64,000 nucleotides of DNA from Bacteroidales bacterium (lineage in GTDB: Bacteria; Bacteroidota; Bacteroidia; Bacteroidales; F082), in contig JAZQZR010000015.1 in NCBI GenBank assembly GCA_045634185.1, forward strand, positions 5,940 to 69,939, written 5' to 3'. Positions 56,359-63,655 of the stretch are shown here, in pieces (position 1 is the stretch's first letter; every line of letters begins with the position of its first letter). The notes under the pieces are model-generated. The model was given only the letters and a program-made list of their open reading frames with translations, made no database searches and had not been told where the DNA came from. The translations under genes and the position numbers were made by a program.

Positions 56359-56811
56359 TTAATCTAGATAAAGATCGTTGAAGAATGTCTCTGCCTCATG
56401 AATTGCACTTTGGTAACAGTCGGAGCTATGTATGACATTGCGCAAAGTGTCGATGCCGTAACGTCGTCTGTATTTTATCTTCAGGTGGTTGAGCGCCTCG
56501 GTAGCGCTGACTCTGTCGGAAAAAGGCGATTGTAATGCGACTCCAATACAAGGTCCTTCAGTCATATATTCTATCAGTTCGTTAAAGAAGTCCTTGTCTT
56601 TGTGACAGCTGTAAATGGTCTCCGCCTCCTCGCGTGTCAAGGTCTTTTCTTCAGCCTCGATGACGACGAAGTCGCGACGATGTAACTCATTGATGATTTC
56701 GTCTGTGTGTTTTAAAAAACCAGGTTTTATGATGATGAATCCATCGTAATTAGGAAGCATAGATGAGCTGTAACCATAACCGTCGTTTTGTTTTATAAAT
56801 GCAGATTTCAT
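56359..56811 (-). CDS. divergent nucleoside-diphosphate-kinase-like protein
   Basis: About 150 aa from the internal MKSAF start. IIIKPG, FF..L..YM..GP and RNVIHSSD align with NDK motifs. The Kpn-loop region is not recognisable. Confidence 0.6.
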   Translation of the reverse strand: MKSAFIKQNDGYGYSSSMLPNYDGFIIIKPGFLKHTDEIINELHRRDFVVIEAEEKTLTREEAETIYSCHKDKDFFNELIEYMTEGPCIGVALQSPFSDRVSATEALNHLKIKYRRRYGIDTLRNVIHSSDCYQSAIHEAETFFNDLYLD

Positions 56812-56904
56812 AACTTTTATTTTATGAATGAAACAAACTACATCCATAAAAGTTTCTAAATGATTTTTAAGAATTTTATCCTTTGAAAAAAATAAACTAA
56901 TCAT

Positions 56905-56912
56905 TATCTTTG
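56905..56912 (+). promoter_or_regulatory. -7 box TATCTTTG for the amylase-glgB pair
   Basis: Perfect TAnnTTTG 57 nt upstream of the ATG at 56969. Confidence 0.5.
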
Positions 56913-56968
56913 CGCTATAGTTGAGAGCCTCTGTGTCTTTGAGACTTTGCGACATTAAGACTTTTAAT

Positions 56969-58663
56969 ATGAATATATATCAACTTTTTGTAAGAACATT
57001 CGGAAATAAAAATAAAGACATCGTCTTCGATGGCGACAAGTCTCAAAATAAATGCGGCACTTTCGCTGATATTAACGACAATGCCTTAGACGCTCTCAAG
57101 ACTTTGGGTATCACTCATATCTGGCTGACAGGCGTGATTCGCCATTCGAGTATGACGGCATATCCTGAGCTGGGGATAAAATCCAGCAATCCTCTCATCA
57201 CCAAAGGCAAGGCGGGTTCTCCTTATTCTATCATGGATTATTATGACATCGACCCAGACCTCGCTGTCAATCCGCAGAATAGGATGGAGGAGTTTGAAGA
57301 CGTCATGCAACGCATCCATGATAAAGGCATGAAGGTTATTATCGACTTTATCCCAAACCATCTCGCACGTGAATATAAGTCGCTGTGCAAACCGATGTAT
57401 GTGGAAGACTTCGGCGTCAATGATAATAAAAATGTCGTTTTTGCCAAAGACAATAATTTCTATTACTGTCCTGACCAACAACTTGTAATTCCTGGACAAC
57501 AGACAACTGAACTCCAGAATTCCTCAAATGCTGAATTCCTTGAATATCCTGCCAAGGCTTCAGGTAATGACGTCTTCTCTCCACAACCATCTGTCAACGA
57601 TTGGTACGACACAGTGAAGTTGAACTATGGCGTCGATTATCAAAATGGCAGCCGTTGCTTTGAACCTATACCGAATACTTGGTATAAGATGCTGGACATC
57701 ATGACATATTGGTGCGAGAGAGGCGTCGATGGATTTCGCGTCGATATGGCGGAGATGGTGCCTGTGGAGTTCTGGCGTTGGTCTATCAATATGCTTCGTG
57801 AGAACTACGAGCCTATCATGATTGCGGAGATTTATCAGCCGCATCTTTATAAGGAGTTTGTCTATGCCGGCTTCGACTATCTCTATGACAAGGTCGGACT
57901 TTATAACACTTTGGAAAATATTTATCGTTATGGTCAGCGTGCCGACAGCATCACTAACGTATGGAATGACCTTCAAGGACTTGGTGATGTGATGCTGCGT
58001 TTCATGGAGAATCATGATGAGCTGCGTCTTGCTTCGGAACATTTTGTAGGCGATGCTTTCAAGGCGCTCCCCGCAGTGACGATGGCAGCGCTTATGAACC
58101 GCGGACCTTTTATGATTTACAACGGACAGGAGAGCGGCGAAGATGCACAAGGCGCTCCTGGCTTCAGCGGCGACGACGGCAGAACCTCAATATTCGACTA
58201 TGCCGTAATGCCTAAACATCAGAACTGGATGGCTGACGGCAGATTCGACGGAAGCGACTTCACCGATGAACAAAAACGTCTCTTCGGTTTTTATTCAAAA
58301 CTGCTTAACTTCCGACTTAACAGCAGCGCTATTAATAAAGGTGCGTTCTACGACCTGATGTGGGTCAATCCTTGGTATTCCAACTTCGACCCTCAGTATG
58401 TCTACGCCTTCCTCCGTTATCATGATGAAGACAGACTGCTAGTAGTTGTCAATTTTAATCAAAACGAAAGCCGCTACTGTGAGATGAAAATCTCTGAAGA
58501 CGCAGTGGAATATATGGGGTTAAGGCCAACAGCCAATGGTCAACAGCTCACAGCAACTGATGTCTTTACTGGCGAGAAGATAGAATATAATTTTGATGAG
58601 GTCAGCACTCGTGGTATTGCGATGACACTTGAACCTTGTGGAATTAAAATTTTGAAATTATGA
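56969..58663 (+). CDS. GH13 alpha-amylase family protein
   Basis: GH13 conserved regions DFIPNH, GFRVDMAE and FMENHDE. Start taken at MNIYQLF. Confidence 0.85.
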   Translation: MNIYQLFVRTFGNKNKDIVFDGDKSQNKCGTFADINDNALDALKTLGITHIWLTGVIRHSSMTAYPELGIKSSNPLITKGKAGSPYSIMDYYDIDPDLAVNPQNRMEEFEDVMQRIHDKGMKVIIDFIPNHLAREYKSLCKPMYVEDFGVNDNKNVVFAKDNNFYYCPDQQLVIPGQQTTELQNSSNAEFLEYPAKASGNDVFSPQPSVNDWYDTVKLNYGVDYQNGSRCFEPIPNTWYKMLDIMTYWCERGVDGFRVDMAEMVPVEFWRWSINMLRENYEPIMIAEIYQPHLYKEFVYAGFDYLYDKVGLYNTLENIYRYGQRADSITNVWNDLQGLGDVMLRFMENHDELRLASEHFVGDAFKALPAVTMAALMNRGPFMIYNGQESGEDAQGAPGFSGDDGRTSIFDYAVMPKHQNWMADGRFDGSDFTDEQKRLFGFYSKLLNFRLNSSAINKGAFYDLMWVNPWYSNFDPQYVYAFLRYHDEDRLLVVVNFNQNESRYCEMKISEDAVEYMGLRPTANGQQLTATDVFTGEKIEYNFDEVSTRGIAMTLEPCGIKILKL

Positions 58664-60666
58664 TGAAACTTGTAGAAAACGATTCATGGCTGGAACCTGT
58701 CGCCGATGAGGTGGAGGCTCGTTATCAGCGTTATGAGTCAAAATTGAAATATATTGAAAGTCAATACGGAAGCCTGAAGTCATTTGCCTCGGCGCATGAG
58801 TTCTTCGGTTTTACGTACGACAGCTTGCGCCGAGGCTGGTGGTACCGCGAGTGGGCGCCGGCAGCTCATTATCTGTCGCTCTTCGGCGATTTCAACAACT
58901 GGGACAGATATGCCAATCCTCTTGAAAGAGAAGAAGATGGCGTGTGGAGTATCTTCCTTCCTGACTCACAATATAAGAACCGCCTTACTCATGGTAGTCT
59001 CCTTAAGGTCTTGGTGCAGTCGAGCATTGGAGAACAGGAACGCATCCCTGTCTATATCAAAAGAGTCATTCAAAATGAGGATAATAAAGACTTCGCTGGA
59101 CAATTCTGGATTGGAAAACGGACAACAGATAGTAATAAGAAAAATTCCACATTCATAATTCCTAATTCCTCATTATTTATATATGAGTCGCATATTGGAA
59201 TGGGTCAGGAGAAAGAAGACGTCGGCACTTATAAAGAGTTCGCCGAGAATGTCTTGCCTAGAATTAAGAAACTGGGATATAATGCGATACAACTGATGGC
59301 AGTGGCTGAGCATCCTTATTACGGCTCATTCGGATATCATGTGTCTAATTTCTTCGCGGCGAGCTCGCGCTTCGGTACGCCTGAAGATCTTAAGGATTTG
59401 ATTGATAAAGCCCATGAGATGGGAATAGTGGTTATCATGGACTTAGTCCATTCTCATACTGTGAAAAACACTTACGAGGGCATCAATCTCTTCGATGGAA
59501 CTGAGACGCAATATCTCGTTGGCGGTCATGAAGGCCATCATCCTCAATGGGATTCCAAACTGTTTAACTATGGAAAGACCGAGACATTACGACTGCTTCT
59601 TTCTAATGTAAGATTCTGGCTCGAGGAGTTCGGCTTCGACGGATTCCGCTTCGACGGCGTGACATCTATGTTGTATAAGAATCATGGCATCGGTGCCACT
59701 TTTGAGACTCAGACGGATTATTTCGGTGATAATGTTAACGATGATGCTGTGACATATCTCCAGCTTGCAAATACGTTAATACATCAGCTTAATAAAGATT
59801 ATATCACTATCGCGGAAGACGTTAGCGGTATGCCTGGAATATGCGCTCCTGTAGCAGACGGCGGCATTGGCTTCGACTATCGTCTCGGAATGGGTCTCCC
59901 TGACTTCTGGATTAAGGTGCTTAAAGACCAAAAAGAGGAAGACTGGAATATGCATGAATTCTTCTTCACCATGACGAACAGACTTTATAATGTGAAGACG
60001 ATAGCATACGCCGAATCACACGACCAGGCTTTGGTGGGAGATAAGACATTGGCATTCCGGCTGATGGATAAGGAGATGTATAGCTCGATGTCGAAGATGA
60101 CTCCTAGTATTGTCGTCGATAGAGGCATAGCGCTTCATAAGATGATACGACTTTTCACCATCTGTCTTGGCGGAAATGCGTGGCTGAATTTTATGGGAAA
60201 TGAGTTCGGCCATCCGGAGTGGATAGATTTTCCTCGCAAGGATAATGACTGGAGCTATAAGCACGCACGTCGTCAGTGGTCGTTGGCAGATGACGAGAAT
60301 CTGAAGTACCATTTCATGAGTGATTTCGATAAGGAAATGTTAATGTTTGTTAAGGAAAACGACATTATGAACTCAGAGCCGGCATGGCTTATGGACGCCG
60401 ATGAAGAGAACAAAACGATAGTTTTTGAGAGAAATAATCTGATGTTTGTCTTCAATTGGGGAACGAAATCTATCAGCGACTATGAAATAAACGTTAAAAA
60501 CACGGGAGATTATGAAATAATATTCAGCACTGACGACAGAGCGTTCGGTGGTTTTGAGAATATCGACAAGGATACAATCTTTCCATCTGAACAAAGGGAT
60601 AATCAAGTGTTTATGAATATATATAATGTAAGCAGGACAGCGGTAGTTTATAAAGTGAAAAGATAA
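58660..60666 (+). CDS. glgB: 1,4-alpha-glucan branching enzyme (eukaryote-type GH13)
   Basis: 668 aa with DLVHSH, GFRFDGVTSM, IAEDVSGMP and YAESHDQALVGDK motifs. It overlaps the amylase stop codon. Confidence 0.9.
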   Translation: MMKLVENDSWLEPVADEVEARYQRYESKLKYIESQYGSLKSFASAHEFFGFTYDSLRRGWWYREWAPAAHYLSLFGDFNNWDRYANPLEREEDGVWSIFLPDSQYKNRLTHGSLLKVLVQSSIGEQERIPVYIKRVIQNEDNKDFAGQFWIGKRTTDSNKKNSTFIIPNSSLFIYESHIGMGQEKEDVGTYKEFAENVLPRIKKLGYNAIQLMAVAEHPYYGSFGYHVSNFFAASSRFGTPEDLKDLIDKAHEMGIVVIMDLVHSHTVKNTYEGINLFDGTETQYLVGGHEGHHPQWDSKLFNYGKTETLRLLLSNVRFWLEEFGFDGFRFDGVTSMLYKNHGIGATFETQTDYFGDNVNDDAVTYLQLANTLIHQLNKDYITIAEDVSGMPGICAPVADGGIGFDYRLGMGLPDFWIKVLKDQKEEDWNMHEFFFTMTNRLYNVKTIAYAESHDQALVGDKTLAFRLMDKEMYSSMSKMTPSIVVDRGIALHKMIRLFTICLGGNAWLNFMGNEFGHPEWIDFPRKDNDWSYKHARRQWSLADDENLKYHFMSDFDKEMLMFVKENDIMNSEPAWLMDADEENKTIVFERNNLMFVFNWGTKSISDYEINVKNTGDYEIIFSTDDRAFGGFENIDKDTIFPSEQRDNQVFMNIYNVSRTAVVYKVKR

Positions 60667-60746
60667 AGTGTAAAAGCTTTTTTCGTTGATGAAAAAGATT
60701 TTTATAGAATGATAAAAAAAGTGTTCGTTAAAATATTTTTTTTCAT

Positions 60747-60754
60747 TATCTTTG
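60747..60754 (+). promoter_or_regulatory. -7 box TATCTTTG
   Basis: Perfect TAnnTTTG 29 nt upstream of the ATG at 60783. Confidence 0.65.
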
Positions 60755-60782
60755 TAGCAAATTCTGAAGAATACTATTTGAA

Positions 60783-61076
60783 ATGGCAGATTTAAGTGTA
60801 ACACTTTCGGAAATAGAGTTAAAGATAAGAAAGCTTATTGCGCTTAAGAATCAGCTTGAAGAAGAGAATAGTAAGTTAGTTCAAAGGAATGAGGATTTGC
60901 AATTGGAAATTGAGATGCTCATGACGGAGAATTCAGAATTGAAGGATAAAATAAATAAATTAGTTATTGTTAACGTACTCGATAACGATAAAGAGGTAGG
61001 AGAAAGTAGGCAGTTAATAAAGACACTTGTTAAGGAAATCGATAGGTGTGTTGCAATGTTGAATGCTGAGCAGTAA
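60783..61076 (+). CDS. small coiled-coil protein (ZapB-like architecture)
   Basis: 97 aa with heptad-rich sequence (LKIRKLIALKNQLEEEN...), immediately upstream of zapA. Confidence 0.6.
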   Translation: MADLSVTLSEIELKIRKLIALKNQLEEENSKLVQRNEDLQLEIEMLMTENSELKDKINKLVIVNVLDNDKEVGESRQLIKTLVKEIDRCVAMLNAEQ

Positions 61077-61097
61077 TATATATAAAATCAGGCGAAG

Positions 61098-61397
61098 ATG
61101 AACGATAATGAAATTAAGATAAGCGTAAAAATCGCAGAACGTACTTATCGTCTGACTATAGATAAAGCTGATGAAGAAAAAGTGATGAAGGCAGTAACGA
61201 TGCTCAATGAAAGAGTTCAGTTATATAAGCAGGCATACGATTATAAAGATTATCAGGACTTATTGTCGATGGTATGCTTGCAGCTGGCAACTCTTAATGT
61301 GAAGTATGAATCGGATGCCGCATATAAAGATCAATGTTTGGAACAGAAACTCGATGAGATTAGTGTTTTATTAAGTGAAAACATAGAATCTAAATGA
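61098..61397 (+). CDS. zapA: cell division protein ZapA
   Basis: 99 aa. The pattern I.V.I..R.Y.L....DEE is typical of ZapA. Confidence 0.8.
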   Translation: MNDNEIKISVKIAERTYRLTIDKADEEKVMKAVTMLNERVQLYKQAYDYKDYQDLLSMVCLQLATLNVKYESDAAYKDQCLEQKLDEISVLLSENIESK

Positions 61398-61414
61398 TGT
61401 TCTTTGAAAGATAT

Positions 61415-61598
61415 ATCTGTCTGTCCGTCGCTTGATGTAAACCTAACAATTAATTTACCATAATTCCGGTTTGCTCATGGGTACAAAAACAGGCCTCAAC
61501 CTGCAAAGGTGCTTTAACGCCAGTGGACGTTTGCGTATCGTGGCAGCCATAAACGTGACTTTTCGGGTTTACTATCCCGGGGCAGGCAGATTTTTTTC
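61415..61598 (+). ncRNA. ssrS: candidate 6S RNA (about 184 nt)
   Basis: Structured, relatively GC-rich non-coding gap. 5' ATCTGTCTGTCCG pairs with 3' GGGGCAGGCAGAT, extended by GTAAACC/GGTTTAC. A T7 run follows. A partial -7 box GTTCTTTG lies at 61399-61406. The zapA-downstream position is shared with E. coli ssrS. Confidence 0.55.
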
Positions 61599-61632
61599 TC
61601 TTTCCGTTTTCGAGTCTAATCGAATTTAAAAA

Positions 61633-63204
61633 ATGATTTTACTAACATTAAGTCACACAGCAGCATACATTCTCTTAGGAGTGGCTGCTCTCGTAGTAGG
61701 CGGTGGTATCGGCGTGTTATTATCTTCAACAGTGATGCGCAACGCCCTCACAAAAAAAAGCAATGAACTTTTAGAAGAAGCTAAAGAAAAAGCAGAAGTA
61801 ATCAAAAAAGACAAAATCCTTCAGGCTAAAGAGAAATTCTTACAGATGAAAGCCGAATACGAGAAGGAAACTAATGAACGCAAACGCGAAATCCAAAAAC
61901 TCGAATCACGCGTTCAACAACAACAACAACAAGCTAACCAACGCGAAGAAGAACTCCGCAAGAAGGCTAACGAAGTGAAAAGCCAACAACAAAGCGTTAG
62001 CGCTCAACAAGAAAATCTCCACAAACGTCAAGCAGAATTGGATAAAATCCAAGACGAACAAAAGAAACTCCTCGAGTCAATCTCTGGCCTCTCAGCATTA
62101 GAAGCTAAAGAACAACTTAAGGAAATGATGAAAGATGAGGCTGTCTCTGAAGCTATGGTCATCTCAAGAGAAATCGTTGAAGAAGCTAAGATGTCGGCTA
62201 ACCAAGAAGCTAAGAAAATCGTTCTTGAGACAATACAACGTACAGCAGCAGAACACGCTATCGAAAATACAGTATCAGTATTTAATATTGAAAACGACGA
62301 AATAAAAGGTCGTATCATCGGACGTGAAGGTAGAAACATCCGTACTTTGGAATCTCTTACAGGCGTTGAAATCATTATCGACGACAGCCCTGACGCTATC
62401 TTGCTCTCTGGCTTCGACCCAATCCGCCGCGAAATAGCTCGCCTTTCTTTACAAAAACTCGTTACAGACGGTCGTATCCACCCAGCTCGTATCGAAGAAG
62501 TCGTTAAGAAAGTTGAGAAACAAGTTGAACAAGAAATCATCGAAACAGGTAAACGTACAGTCATCGACCTCGGCATCCATAACCTCAGCCCTGAACTCAT
62601 CAGAATGATAGGTCGTATGAAATATCGTTCATCATACGGTCAAAACTTATTGCAACACTCTATTGAAGTAGCTAAACTCAGTTCTTCAATGGCTGCTGAA
62701 CTCGGTCTTAATCCTAAGACAGCTAAACGTGCCGGTCTCCTCCACGATATCGGTAAAGTGGCTGAAAACGACGAAGAATTGCCACACGCAATCTTAGGTA
62801 TGAAGACAGCTGAGAAATATAAAGAAAAAGCTGACGTATGCAACGCTATCGGTGCTCACCACGACGAAATTGAAATGGAAACACTTATCGCTCCTATCGT
62901 TCAAGTGTGTGACGCTATCTCAGGCGCTCGTCCAGGCGCTCGCCGTGAAGTCGTTGAGGCTTACATCCAACGTCTTAACAAACTCGAAGAAATGGCAATG
63001 GCATTCCCTGGCGTCGTCAAGACTTACGCTATCCAAGCAGGCCGCGAATTGCGCGTCATCGTTGCTGCTGATAAAGTAAGCGATACAGAAGCCGACCGCA
63101 TCTCATTCGACCTCTCTAAACAAATCCAGACAGAGATGACTTATCCAGGTCAAATTAAAATCACTGTCATCAGAGAAACAAGAGCTGTTAGCTTCGCGAA
63201 ATAA
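61633..63204 (+). CDS. rny: ribonuclease Y
   Basis: 523 aa with an N-terminal TM helix, a coiled coil, a KH domain ([12 protein letters not shown]) and an HD domain (LLHDIGK). Confidence 0.95.
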   Translation: MILLTLSHTAAYILLGVAALVVGGGIGVLLSSTVMRNALTKKSNELLEEAKEKAEVIKKDKILQAKEKFLQMKAEYEKETNERKREIQKLESRVQQQQQQANQREEELRKKANEVKSQQQSVSAQQENLHKRQAELDKIQDEQKKLLESISGLSALEAKEQLKEMMKDEAVSEAMVISREIVEEAKMSANQEAKKIVLETIQRTAAEHAIENTVSVFNIENDEIKGRIIGREGRNIRTLESLTGVEIIIDDSPDAILLSGFDPIRREIARLSLQKLVTDGRIHPARIEEVVKKVEKQVEQEIIETGKRTVIDLGIHNLSPELIRMIGRMKYRSSYGQNLLQHSIEVAKLSSSMAAELGLNPKTAKRAGLLHDIGKVAENDEELPHAILGMKTAEKYKEKADVCNAIGAHHDEIEMETLIAPIVQVCDAISGARPGARREVVEAYIQRLNKLEEMAMAFPGVVKTYAIQAGRELRVIVAADKVSDTEADRISFDLSKQIQTEMTYPGQIKITVIRETRAVSFAK

Positions 63205-63207
63205 AAA

Positions 63208-63241
63208 GACTACAAGTCTACAAGACAACAAGACTACAAGT
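63208..63241 (+). repeat. 34-nt ACTACAAG stutter block, left copy of an inverted pair
   Basis: GACTACAAGTCTACAAGACAACAAGACTACAAGT. The reverse complement of 63474-63507 matches at 32 of 34 positions. Confidence 0.95.
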
Positions 63242-63288
63242 AGAGACGTATCAAAATTCTTTGAATTTTGCTGCGTCTCTCTTTTTTT
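63242..63288 (+). terminator. intrinsic terminator after rny
   Basis: Outer stem AGAGACG/CGTCTCT, inner stem AAAATTC/GAATTTT, then a T-run. Confidence 0.75.
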
Positions 63289-63473
63289 GTCTATTATACC
63301 TTTTTTTAAATCTCAGAAACTCAAAACCTCAGAATCTCAGAAGAACTTTGAACTCTAAACCTTTTTAGTAATGAAGTGATGTGAAAAATTTCTCAACCCT
63401 GAAATCCTCCATCCACGAAATCGCACGAAACTACACGAAATTTTTTTTCTGTGAAAACCACATCACCCCAACA

Positions 63474-63507
63474 ACTTGTAGTCATGTAGTCTTGTAGACT
63501 TGTAGTC
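63474..63507 (-). repeat. 34-nt CTTGTAGT stutter block, right copy of the inverted pair
   Basis: ACTTGTAGTCATGTAGTCTTGTAGACTTGTAGTC. Confidence 0.95.
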
Positions 63508-63517
63508 TTCTTTCTTT

Positions 63518-63610
63518 GGGCGTTCCGTCTCCGCTTCGCTCCGCCGTCGGGCTTTCCGCTATATCTTTTTCCGCTGCGCTCCAAAAGGATGCCGCTCCAA
63601 TCCCTAACGC
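63518..63610 (+). repeat. GC-rich interspersed element, copy D
   Basis: GGGCGTTCCG-TCTCCGCTTCGCTCC-GCCGTCGGGCTTTCCGCTATATCTTTTTCCGCTGCGCTCCAAAAGGATGCCGCTCCAATCCCTAACGC. Confidence 0.9.
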
Positions 63611-63655
63611 ACTGGAGAATTCTAGAACTTTAGAATTCTAGAACCTCAGAAAATT

